Below are positions 17,149-24,911 of a DNA stretch of 33,469 nucleotides, piece after piece; the first letter of the stretch is position 1; each line of letters starts with the position of its first letter. The DNA is from an uncultured Ruminococcus sp. (GTDB lineage: Bacteria; Bacillota; Clostridia; Oscillospirales; CAG-272). The notes under the pieces are model-generated. The model was given only the letters and a program-made list of their open reading frames with translations. It made no database searches and was not told the DNA's origin. The position numbers and the translations under genes are program-made. The stretch spans positions 1 through 33,469 of the forward strand of contig CAYNHY010000003.1 in NCBI GenBank assembly GCA_964397225.1, given 5' to 3'.

Positions 17149-18285
17149 ATGAACATCAAACGTAACATCCTGCTTAATCCCGGTCCCGCCACGACGACAG
17201 ATACCGTAAAGGCAGCACAGCTTGTTCCCGATATTTGCCCTCGTGAAAAGGAATTCGCCTCAATGATGGCGAAGATGAGAGGTGACCTGCTGAAGGTCGT
17301 ACACGCCGACCCCGCCGAATACACCTCCGTGCTCTTCTGCGGCTCCGGCACCATCAATATCGATGTGTGCATCAACTCGCTGCTCCCCGAGGGCGGCAAG
17401 GTGCTCGTTGTAAACAACGGTGCCTACAGCACGCGCGCTGTCGAGATATGCGAGCATTACCGCCTCGACCATATTGATCTGCGCTTCCCCTTCGACTGCC
17501 CACCAGACCTCGACGTCATCGAAAAAACGCTTGCCGAGCATCCCGAGATAGCTCTCGTTCACACGACGCACAACGAGACCGGCACAGGTCTTCTCAACCC
17601 CATCCGCGAGATCGGCGCGCTTGCTCACAAGTACAACGCGACCTTCACCGTCGACACCACCTCCACGCTCGCAATGCGCCCGATAAATGTCCATGAGGAC
17701 AATATCGACTTCTGCATGGCAAGTGCTCAGAAGGGTCTGATGTCGATGACCGGTCTTTCGTTCATTATCGGACGCCGCGACCTCATCGAGGCGTCGAAGG
17801 CATACCCGACACGCTCGTATTACTGCAATCTCTACCTTCAGTACGAATATTTCGAAAAGACGGGCGAGATGCACTTCACACCTCCGGTACAGACCGTTTA
17901 TGCCACCGCACGCGCACTTGAGGAGTACTTCGAGGAGGGCGAGGACGCTAAGTGGGCTCGCCACACCCGCGTTTACAATGCGCTTCGCCGCGGCGTGCTC
18001 GAGCTCGGCTTCCGCGAGGTCATAAAGCCCGAGCATCAGGCAGGGCTTGTCTGCACGGTCAAGTACCCCGACGACGGACACTGGAGCTTCGAGGCTGTTC
18101 ACGATTACTGCTACGAGCGAGGCTTCACCATTTACCCTGGAAAGATCGCGGGCAACGACACCTTCCGCCTCTGTGCGCTCGGCGCCATCGACGAGGACGA
18201 CATTGCCGACTTCTTCGTCGTATTTAAGGAAGCCCTCGCTTCCTGCGGAGTTTCCGCACCCGTTTACTACAAGGAGGAAAACTAA
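17149..18285 (+). CDS. phnW: 2-aminoethylphosphonate:pyruvate aminotransferase (class V aminotransferase, ~378 aa)
   Basis: N-terminus NILLNPGPATTTDTVKAAQLVPDICPREKEF is PhnW/AepZ-like, and SAQKGL carries the PLP lysine. The context (PEP mutase and phosphonopyruvate decarboxylase immediately downstream) supports the call. Start is uncertain (ATG 17149 versus TTG 17131; both have weak RBS). Confidence 0.8.
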   Translation: MNIKRNILLNPGPATTTDTVKAAQLVPDICPREKEFASMMAKMRGDLLKVVHADPAEYTSVLFCGSGTINIDVCINSLLPEGGKVLVVNNGAYSTRAVEICEHYRLDHIDLRFPFDCPPDLDVIEKTLAEHPEIALVHTTHNETGTGLLNPIREIGALAHKYNATFTVDTTSTLAMRPINVHEDNIDFCMASAQKGLMSMTGLSFIIGRRDLIEASKAYPTRSYYCNLYLQYEYFEKTGEMHFTPPVQTVYATARALEEYFEEGEDAKWARHTRVYNALRRGVLELGFREVIKPEHQAGLVCTVKYPDDGHWSFEAVHDYCYERGFTIYPGKIAGNDTFRLCALGAIDEDDIADFFVVFKEALASCGVSAPVYYKEEN

Positions 18286-19581
18286 ATGAAGCAGGTTTAC
18301 GCATGCTTTTGCACCGACGTTATCCACGACGGTCATATGAATATTATAAACCGTGCTCTCGAGTACGGCGAGCTTACGGTGGGACTTCTCACGGACAGCG
18401 CAATGATTCGCTGCGACCGCTTCCCCACGATATCCTTCGAGGAAAGACGTGCGCTCTTCGAGGCGATTCCCGGTGTTAAGAACACCGTCGTCCAGGACGA
18501 GGTGCTCTACGACAAGGTCATAAACGACCTGCACCCCGATTACGTCATTCACGGCGACGACTGGAAGAGCGGCCCCAAGAGCGCCATTCGCGACAATGTC
18601 CTCTCGCTGCTCTCCGCATACGGCGGCGAGCTTATCGAGATTCCCTACACCGTCGGCGACGAGGTATCGAGAATCGACCGCCGTCAGCGCGAAAAGCTCG
18701 CAATGGCTGAATATCGCGGACCTCGTCTGCGCCGCCTCATCGAGCTGTCGAAGCCCGTCAAGGCAATTGAGGTTCACGACGGCTTGACCGGACTCATTGC
18801 AGAAAAGACAGTTGTAGAAAACAACGGAGAATTTGCACAGTTTGACGCAATGTGGATAAGCTCGCTCTGCGACTCCACCGCAAAGGGCAAGCCCGACATC
18901 GAGCTTGTCGACATGACCTCGCGCTGCCGCACCATCGACGACGTAATGGAGGTCACCACAAAGCCGATAATTTTCGACGGCGACACCGGCGGACTTACCG
19001 AGCACTTCGTTTACCTCGTCCGCACCCTCGAGCGAATGGGTGTTTCGGCTATCATCATTGAGGACAAGATCGGACTGAAGAAAAATTCTCTCTTCGGCAC
19101 GGACGTCGAGCAGACACAGGACACCATTGAAAACTTCTCGAGGAAAATCGCAGCCGGCAAGAAGGTGCAGCTCTCCGACGGCTTCATGATAATCGCGCGC
19201 ATCGAAAGCCTTATTCTTGAGCGCGGCATGGAGGACGCACTTGAGCGCGCACATGCCTTCCGCGCGGCGGGAGCAGACGGCATCATGATCCACAGCAGAA
19301 GAAAGGAGCCCGATGAGATTCTTGAATTCTGCGACCGCTTCCGCGCAGTCGACAAGGATACACCCATCGTCGTCGTTCCCTCGTCGTTCAATACCGTGAC
19401 CGAGCAGACGCTCGCCGAGCACGGTGTCAACATCGTAATTTACGCAAATCAGCTCACGCGAAGCGCCTTCCCCGCGATGGAGAGCACCGCGCGCGACATA
19501 CTCGTTCACCATAGGGCAAAGGAGGTCGATGACCGCCTCATGCCCATCAAGGATATCATAACGCTCATTGACGAGCTGTAA
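18286..19581 (+). CDS. pepM: Fusion protein: TagD-like cytidylyltransferase domain + phosphoenolpyruvate phosphomutase (431 aa)
   Basis: Residues 1-~135 resemble TagD (CFCTDVIHDGH as an HxGH motif, HGDDWKSG, a degenerate RTxGISTT as YTVGDEVS). Residues ~150-431 are PEP mutase/isocitrate-lyase superfamily (AIEVHDGLTGLIAE, MWISSLCDSTAKGKPD, FDGDTGG, IIIEDK, ARIESL). AGGAGG RBS lies inside the 3' end of phnW. Confidence 0.85.
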   Translation: MKQVYACFCTDVIHDGHMNIINRALEYGELTVGLLTDSAMIRCDRFPTISFEERRALFEAIPGVKNTVVQDEVLYDKVINDLHPDYVIHGDDWKSGPKSAIRDNVLSLLSAYGGELIEIPYTVGDEVSRIDRRQREKLAMAEYRGPRLRRLIELSKPVKAIEVHDGLTGLIAEKTVVENNGEFAQFDAMWISSLCDSTAKGKPDIELVDMTSRCRTIDDVMEVTTKPIIFDGDTGGLTEHFVYLVRTLERMGVSAIIIEDKIGLKKNSLFGTDVEQTQDTIENFSRKIAAGKKVQLSDGFMIIARIESLILERGMEDALERAHAFRAAGADGIMIHSRRKEPDEILEFCDRFRAVDKDTPIVVVPSSFNTVTEQTLAEHGVNIVIYANQLTRSAFPAMESTARDILVHHRAKEVDDRLMPIKDIITLIDEL

Positions 19582-19590
19582 GGAGAAATC

Positions 19591-20712
19591 ATGAAGGTCA
19601 CGGATCTTATCAAGGCGACCGGCTGCGAATTTTTCACGGGAGTTCCCGATTCTCAGCTGAAGGCGCTGTGCGACAGACTTTGCAGAGATTATAAGGGCGA
19701 CTCGCGTCACCATATCATCTGCGCCAACGAAGGAAACTGCGTTGCGGCGGCGGCAGGCTACCACCTTGCCACCGGCAAAACGGCACTTGTCTACATGCAG
19801 AACTCCGGCGAGGGCAATGCGATAAACCCCGTCGCATCGCTAACGCGCGAGGAGGTTTACGGAATACCGATGGTGTTCGTAATCGGCTGGAGAGGCGAGG
19901 TTGGAGTTCACGATGAGCCTCAGCACGTCTATCAGGGACAGATAACCGCCTCACTCCTCGACGAGCTCGGCATCAAGCACACGGTAATTTCGAAGGACAC
20001 GCAGCCCTCGGAGCTTGAGCAGTGCATGAGCGACTGGAGAGAGCACCTTGCAAACGGCGGAAGCGTTGCGTTCATCGTAAGGAAGGGTGCGCTCACCGAC
20101 GACGAGAAGACAAGTTATTCAAACGACGCCGAGATGACGCGTGAGGAGATACTTTCGCACATTATCGCGCACACGGGCGACGACCCGATAGTCAGCACAA
20201 CTGGCAAGGCAAGCCGCGAGCTGTTTGAGCTTCGCGAGGCTGCCGGTCAGGATCACTCACGTGATTTCCTTACCGTCGGCTCAATGGGACACGCATCGTC
20301 CATCGCGCTCGGCATCGCGCTTCAGAAGCCCGAGAGCACGATTTGGTGCATTGACGGAGACGGTGCGGCACTCATGCACATGGGCGCGCTCGCGGTAAAC
20401 GCTGCAAGCGGAGCCGACAATCTCATTCATATTGTGATAAACAACGGCGCGCACGAGACCGTCGGCGGAATGCCGACAGCTGCGAGAGGCTTCTCGTTTG
20501 CGAGCACCGCGCGTGAATGCGGCTACGCATATACGACACGCGTTTCAACAGCGAAGGAGCTCGAGTCTGTGCTTGAGCACATTCGTGAAGCACGCGGACT
20601 CCGACTCATTGAGATCGATTGCAAAATAGGCGCACGTGACGACCTCGGACGTCCGACCACAACACCGAAGGAAAACAAGGAAGCCTTCATGCGTCATCTG
20701 TCGACGCTTTGA
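19591..20712 (+). CDS. ppd: Phosphonopyruvate decarboxylase (ThDP-dependent, 373 aa)
   Basis: N-terminus MKVTDLIKATGCEFFTGVPDSQLKAL, ThDP-binding GDGAALMHMG...NNGAHETVGG, length typical of Ppd/AepY. AAGGAG RBS. Confidence 0.85.
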   Translation: MKVTDLIKATGCEFFTGVPDSQLKALCDRLCRDYKGDSRHHIICANEGNCVAAAAGYHLATGKTALVYMQNSGEGNAINPVASLTREEVYGIPMVFVIGWRGEVGVHDEPQHVYQGQITASLLDELGIKHTVISKDTQPSELEQCMSDWREHLANGGSVAFIVRKGALTDDEKTSYSNDAEMTREEILSHIIAHTGDDPIVSTTGKASRELFELREAAGQDHSRDFLTVGSMGHASSIALGIALQKPESTIWCIDGDGAALMHMGALAVNAASGADNLIHIVINNGAHETVGGMPTAARGFSFASTARECGYAYTTRVSTAKELESVLEHIREARGLRLIEIDCKIGARDDLGRPTTTPKENKEAFMRHLSTL

Positions 20713-20723
20713 TCAGAAAAGCA

Positions 20724-20758
20724 AAAAATGCCTCATGCACTTGGCATGGGGCATTTTT
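20724..20758 (+). terminator. Rho-independent terminator of the phosphonate operon
   Basis: aaaaatgcctcatgc-acttg-gcatggggcattttt (one G:U pair) followed by a T5 run, 12 nt after the ppd stop. Confidence 0.8.
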
Positions 20759-21035
20759 CGTATACGTCGCTCACACACTCTCTCGAGCGTTCTCAAGCTA
20801 TGTACGCGCTATACGCTCTGCACGTTACACACGCACCAACCGTTTTACGCATCACCGGCTTCGCACACGCTACGCATGGCATACGTTCTCGTCGCTGCAA
20901 AGCATTCTCGTGTGCGCTGTAGCAAGGTCAAAGCCAACATCCTTTCCATTATTAACCCTATACTCACCGGGCACGCACTGTAACGCACGAGCGCGCTTTA
21001 CAGTATACCTTACTGCATTGCGAAGCACACCACGC

Positions 21036-21067
21036 AAAAAAGCTCCCTCAAACGAGGGAGCTTTTTA
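21036..21067. terminator. Stem-loop terminator downstream of surface-protein gene 1
   Basis: aaaaaagctccctc-aaac-gagggagcttttt, with A/T runs on both sides, ~26 nt after the stop at 21093. Confidence 0.8.
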
Positions 21068-21090
21068 TGTTCAGCTAATTAAGCTTGAGA

Positions 21091-21428
21091 AATTACTTTC
21101 TCTTCTTAGCAACTACAACGCCGCAAGCGGAGATAGCAGCAACAACAGCTGCGATAACTGCGGGGTCACCTGTGATAGGAGATGTAGGAGCGGAAGGAGC
21201 GTCTGTAACAACACTTGTTACGACCTCGGAAACAACCTCTGTTACGACGTCACCGTTAGTATCTGTTACAGCCTCACCGTTAGTGTCTGTAGCAATAACA
21301 GTCTCGGTAACTATAGAAGTCTCGATGCGTGTTGTAGCAGGCTGTGTGGGTGCGGGTGTTGTCTTGTCGTCAGAGGTGGCAGGTCCGGGTGTGGGAGCAA
21401 CTGTTGTGTTGTCAGCGCCGCCGGAGAT
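21091..21428. repeat. Stalk/anchor cassette, copy 1 (338 bp)
   Basis: By eye, identical to 22655-22992 except for one base (aactacaacg versus aaccacaacg), and ~90% identical to 23547-~23870. Confidence 0.9.
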
Positions 21429-22244
21429 AAGCTCAGCAGAGAGAGTGCCCTTTGCAGGATTGTTTTCCTTGCTTGCAGCGCACATGAAACCGTACTCACC
21501 GAGAGATACTGCCCATGTTCCCTTTGCATCGCCGGGAGTCGGCCATGTAGCGGAATCGTAATCGAAGTTACCTGCGGTAGCAGCGATGTTGATATCGATA
21601 GTTGTACCTGCGGTAGCAGCAACGTTCAGAACACTGAGGGGAATAGACCACTCAAAGGTGCAGACAGTGCCATTGTAGTTGATAGCGAAGTCCTGACCGC
21701 CTACGGGATTGTAGGAGCTGTCAGCACCGAGCTGATTCCAGTGACCCTTAAGGTAGGAGCCGTCCTGGATCTTCTTACCGATGGAGTAGTAGAAGTAGGG
21801 CATGCCGGAGTCTGTACGACCGGAGGAGAAGTTAAGTCCGAGGTTGTAGCAGAAGTCGTCCATAAGCTTGCCTTCCTCGTTGGGGGTAGGCTGGTCAAAG
21901 CTTGTGTGGAAGCCTGTGCCTGCGTCAAATACTACTGCGAAGTTGAGACCGTGTGTCTCGTCCCAGGAGAAGTAGTACTTAATTGTCTGAGACATATCCT
22001 CAGATGCCTGGTAAACGGAGGAGTCGATGAAGTTTCTTGCAATATCATTGTCATCAACAGTGATCTGCTCATACTCACCGGCACCGATTACGCCGTCTTT
22101 TACAACGTTGGCGGGATTAGCCTTCTTGATCTCGAACTTTGCATTGCAATGCTCACCGGGGATGTAGCTCTCAGCAGCTGCGGAAACTGCAAGGAGAGAA
22201 ACAACCATGAGTACTGCAAGCGCGAGTGTTGCGAGCTTTCTCAT
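21093..22244 (-). CDS. Secreted cell-wall-sorted surface protein, paralog 1 (383 aa): signal peptide + ~250-aa beta-rich domain + Thr-rich stalk + SPITGD sorting signal
   Basis: Start taken as MRKLATLALAVLMVVSLLAVSAAAES (ATG 22244, GAGGT RBS), matching paralog 2. The C-terminus is ...SAPTSPITGDPAVIAAVVAAISACGVVVAKKRK, i.e. motif + hydrophobic helix + basic tail. The globular domain (KKANPANVVKDGVIGAGEY...YYFSWDETHGLNFAV...HWNQLG...) may be CBM9/DOMON-like; that assignment is low confidence. The overlapping 20709..22268 + ORF is an antisense shadow. Confidence 0.8.
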   Translation of the reverse strand: MRKLATLALAVLMVVSLLAVSAAAESYIPGEHCNAKFEIKKANPANVVKDGVIGAGEYEQITVDDNDIARNFIDSSVYQASEDMSQTIKYYFSWDETHGLNFAVVFDAGTGFHTSFDQPTPNEEGKLMDDFCYNLGLNFSSGRTDSGMPYFYYSIGKKIQDGSYLKGHWNQLGADSSYNPVGGQDFAINYNGTVCTFEWSIPLSVLNVAATAGTTIDINIAATAGNFDYDSATWPTPGDAKGTWAVSLGEYGFMCAASKENNPAKGTLSAELISGGADNTTVAPTPGPATSDDKTTPAPTQPATTRIETSIVTETVIATDTNGEAVTDTNGDVVTEVVSEVVTSVVTDAPSAPTSPITGDPAVIAAVVAAISACGVVVAKKRK

Positions 22245-22370
22245 TTTTTTGTACCTCACAAAAAATAAAAATAAATTCAGCTTTACAGCTGTACATATAC
22301 TTTATCACATTGCAGTCTTTTTGTCAAGCAATATCTTTACGAATTATTTATCCAACTTATAGTTTCGGCG
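22174..22370. repeat. Signal-peptide + RBS + promoter module, copy 1
   Basis: Homologous by eye (~80%) to 23039-23232: gcagctgcgga[a/g]actgc...catgagtactgcaagcgcgagtgttgcgagctttctcat, then ...ctttatcaca...tgtcaagcaat... Confidence 0.75.
22299..22327 (-). promoter_or_regulatory. Sigma-70-type promoter for surface-protein gene 1
   Basis: The minus strand reads TTGACA-N17-TAAAGT with TGTGA just upstream. The module is conserved upstream of paralog 2. Confidence 0.6.
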
Positions 22371-22567
22371 CTTTCACCAAAAGCTTTGTAGCCATTTTGT
22401 GCAACTTTTCCGAGACCGGCTACTTATTTACATAATCCTATCCTTTTTTACTCCGCTGAACGAAAAAGACAGCTTTGCCTATGTGTGGAAATGAAATTTC
22501 GCATTATTCCTTTGCAGCACGAGCATCGCGCTGTCTCATGCTCGGCAGCCTTCCGCGATGCAAAAAA

Positions 22568-22597
22568 GCAGGGACGCTTCTTGGGAAGCGCCCCTGC
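22568..22597 (-). terminator. Rho-independent terminator of surface-protein gene 2
   Basis: The minus strand reads gcaggggcgcttc-ccaa-gaagcgtccctgc followed by TTTTTT. Confidence 0.8.
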
Positions 22598-22654
22598 AAG
22601 AAAGACATTGTCTTTGCTGTTCCAAAGCTATTTAATTCTTTACGAAGCAGCTCA

Positions 22655-22992
22655 AATTACTTTCTCTTCTTAGCAACCACAACGCCGCAAGCGGAGATAG
22701 CAGCAACAACAGCTGCGATAACTGCGGGGTCACCTGTGATAGGAGATGTAGGAGCGGAAGGAGCGTCTGTAACAACACTTGTTACGACCTCGGAAACAAC
22801 CTCTGTTACGACGTCACCGTTAGTATCTGTTACAGCCTCACCGTTAGTGTCTGTAGCAATAACAGTCTCGGTAACTATAGAAGTCTCGATGCGTGTTGTA
22901 GCAGGCTGTGTGGGTGCGGGTGTTGTCTTGTCGTCAGAGGTGGCAGGTCCGGGTGTGGGAGCAACTGTTGTGTTGTCAGCGCCGCCGGAGAT
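22655..22992. repeat. Stalk/anchor cassette, copy 2 (338 bp)
   Basis: See copy 1. Identity ends at ...gccgccggagat, after which only protein-level similarity remains. Confidence 0.9.
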
Positions 22993-23109
22993 CATCTCGT
23001 CGGAGAGAGTTGCCTTTGCGGGCTTCTTAGCGCTCTCGGCAGCTGCGGAGACTGCGAGAAGAGAAACGACCATGAGTACTGCAAGCGCGAGTGTTGCGAG
23101 CTTTCTCAT
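22657..23109 (-). CDS. Surface-protein paralog 2 (150 aa): signal peptide fused directly to the Thr-rich stalk + SPITGD sorting signal, with no globular domain
   Basis: MRKLATLALAVLMVVSLLAVSAAAES-AKKPAKATLSDEMISGGADNTTVAPTPGPATSDDK...SPITGDPAVIAAVVAAISACGVVVAKKRK. It has its own GAGGT RBS, promoter and terminator. The 3' 338 bp differ from paralog 1 at a single base. Confidence 0.75.
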   Translation of the reverse strand: MRKLATLALAVLMVVSLLAVSAAAESAKKPAKATLSDEMISGGADNTTVAPTPGPATSDDKTTPAPTQPATTRIETSIVTETVIATDTNGEAVTDTNGDVVTEVVSEVVTSVVTDAPSAPTSPITGDPAVIAAVVAAISACGVVVAKKRK

Positions 23110-23232
23110 TTTTTACCTCACAAAAAGCAAAATAGATTCAGCCTTCCAGCTGTACGTATACTTTATCACATCGGCGCACGTTTGTCAAGCAATTTCTTTA
23201 CAATTCATTTGCCGGCTTACACGATTTCAGCG
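23039..23232. repeat. Signal-peptide + RBS + promoter module, copy 2
   Basis: See copy 1. Confidence 0.75.
23160..23188 (-). promoter_or_regulatory. Sigma-70-type promoter for surface-protein gene 2
   Basis: The minus strand reads TTGACA-N17-TAAAGT, homologous to the gene-1 promoter module. Confidence 0.6.
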
Positions 23233-23438
23233 TATTTACTAAAACACGAAGTCTGTATTTGTGCAATCTGACGCAGCAGCTCTGCTGATTTGCGCCGTTC
23301 GCATTTTTTCTGCCACTCTGCCTCGCAAAGCGGGCTTTTCACCACGCAAAAGCACTGCCGTATATCTGCCCGAGCCTTGCCGGACGCTTCAGCCGTCGCA
23401 AGCACCGACTCATCGCGCAGCGCTCGGGAACAGCACGT

Positions 23439-23470
23439 AAAAGGGGCGCTTCTCGGGAAGCGCCCCTTTT
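23439..23470. terminator. Stem-loop terminator downstream of surface-protein gene 3
   Basis: aaaaggggcgcttc-tcgg-gaagcgcccctttt, a perfect 14-bp stem including the A/T flanks. Confidence 0.8.
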
Positions 23471-23546
23471 ACTTGAAAGGAGGTTAATGAAAAGAAAACA
23501 CGTTTCTGTCAGTCAAAAACTATTGAATTCTCTCTGAATTAACTTT

Positions 23547-23870
23547 AATTACTTTCTCTTCTTAGCAACCACAACGCCGCAAGCGGAGATAGCAGCAACA
23601 ACAGCTGCGATAACTGCGGGGTCACCTGTGATAGGAGATGTGGGAGCGGAAGGAGCGTCTGTAACAACGTTTGTTACGACCTCGGAAACAACCTCTGTTA
23701 CCTGATTGCCGTCGTTATCTGTAACGATCTCACCGTTGGTGTCTGTTACGATAACAGTCTCGGTAACGATAGAGGTCTCGATGCGTGTTGTAACAGGCTG
23801 TGTGGGTGCGGGTGTTGTCTTGTCGTCAGAGGTGGCAGGTCCTGCGGGAGCAACAGTTGTGTCGTCGTCA
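23547..23870. repeat. Stalk/anchor cassette, copy 3 (diverged)
   Basis: Same cassette with scattered substitutions and one re-patterned TDTNG/TDNDG unit. Confidence 0.8.
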
Positions 23871-24724
23871 ACGATGCTGGGGATCATCTCTGTGGAGAGA
23901 ACAGCGGTTGCGGGAGCGTTGTCCTTGGAGGAAGCAACGAGGAAGCCCTGCTGACCGAGAGAAACCGTCCAGTTGTTACCCTGAGGTTTCTCAGCTGTTG
24001 TGGTACCTGCACATGCTGTGAGGTTGAAGTTGAAGGATACGCCATCGGCAGCAGCTACGCTGAGGATCTCGGAGAAGGGTACGGACCACTCGTAAACTAC
24101 GGAGCCGTCACCGGGGTAGTTTACAACGAAATCCTGACCTGCTGTAGGATTGTATGCACCGGAGTAGCCGAGCTGATTCCAGTGACCCTTGATATAGTTA
24201 CCGGTTGCAATGTCCTTAGATACGGAGTAGTAAAGGAGTGCAAGACCTGTATCCTTGTTTGTGCCGGAGGCGAAGTTAAGACCGAGGTTGTAGCAGAAAT
24301 CGTCCTTTGTTCTGCCATCCTCGTCAGGTGTTCCCTCGGGGAAGTTTGTAGCGTAGCCGTCGTATGTATCCCCGTCTACGGTACCCTTAGCGAGGTACTT
24401 AACCGCAAAGTTAAAGCCGTGTGTGTCGTCCCAGGAGAAGTAGTACTCCAAGGTTCTCGACATCAGGTCGCCGCATGTGTATGCAGCAGAATCGCCGAAG
24501 TTGATGGAAAGCTCGGTGAGCGGTACCTCAGCCTTGATGTACTCGCCGCCTGCTACGTCGATTACGCCGTCCTTCTTAACAACGGCGGGGTTTGCCTTCT
24601 TTACTGTTACGGAATACTCGCATGTCGGGGGAACCTTGTCAATGTAGGACTCAGCCGATGCGGCAACTCCGAGGGTGCAAAGAAGCATTGCTGTGAGAAC
24701 AAGCACTGTAATGATCTTCTTCAT
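23549..24724 (-). CDS. Surface-protein paralog 3 (391 aa): signal peptide + homologous beta-rich domain + Thr-rich stalk + SPITGD sorting signal
   Basis: MKKIITVLVLTAMLLCTLGVAASAES. The domain is homologous to paralog 1 (KKANPAVVKKDGVI..GGEY, YYFSWDDTHGFNFAV, DDFCYNLGLNF, KGHWNQLG). The last ~50 aa, including the sorting signal, are almost identical to paralogs 1 and 2 (one substitution). Confidence 0.8.
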   Translation of the reverse strand: MKKIITVLVLTAMLLCTLGVAASAESYIDKVPPTCEYSVTVKKANPAVVKKDGVIDVAGGEYIKAEVPLTELSINFGDSAAYTCGDLMSRTLEYYFSWDDTHGFNFAVKYLAKGTVDGDTYDGYATNFPEGTPDEDGRTKDDFCYNLGLNFASGTNKDTGLALLYYSVSKDIATGNYIKGHWNQLGYSGAYNPTAGQDFVVNYPGDGSVVYEWSVPFSEILSVAAADGVSFNFNLTACAGTTTAEKPQGNNWTVSLGQQGFLVASSKDNAPATAVLSTEMIPSIVDDDTTVAPAGPATSDDKTTPAPTQPVTTRIETSIVTETVIVTDTNGEIVTDNDGNQVTEVVSEVVTNVVTDAPSAPTSPITGDPAVIAAVVAAISACGVVVAKKRK

Positions 24725-24780
24725 TTGTGTTTACCTCTTCTGATAAAAAAAATTGTTTCAGTTCTGTGAACCGTGCTTTA

Positions 24781-24809
24781 ATTTTAACTCATTCGACCTT
24801 CTTTGTCAA
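24781..24809 (-). promoter_or_regulatory. Sigma-70-type promoter for surface-protein gene 3
   Basis: The minus strand reads TTGACA-N17-TAAAAT. Confidence 0.6.
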
Positions 24810-24911
24810 GAGCTTTTAGAAACTTCGTGGACGCAAAAAATGAAATTGGCGTTTCCACCAAAACCGACATTTGTCTTTTGTATACTTTGACTACAGACGA
24901 TTGAGTTTTTT

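Noticed and set aside
17260-19764. 834-aa minus-strand ORF, the longest minus-strand ORF in this region of the track
   Set aside because: It runs antisense across phnW, the pepM fusion and the start of ppd, all of which have strong family signatures, RBSs and an operon layout. Its translation is Arg/Val/Ala/Gly-rich with no recognisable motif, start context or RBS. This is the typical stop-free antisense frame of GC3-rich genes.
20709-22268. 519-aa plus-strand ORF overlapping surface-protein gene 1
   Set aside because: Its translation is Cys/Ser/Val/Arg-rich low-complexity sequence. The opposite strand encodes a protein with a signal peptide, a sorting signal, two paralogs, an RBS, a promoter and a terminator. 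The same reasoning rejects 22475..23242 (+) and 24182..24769 (+).
21091-23870. Possibility that the thrice-repeated ~340-bp cassette is a CRISPR-like array or a mobile-element terminal repeat
   Set aside because: The repeats are far too long and too widely spaced for CRISPR. They are in-frame coding sequence (the C-termini of three paralogs). No transposase, integrase or target-site duplication is visible.
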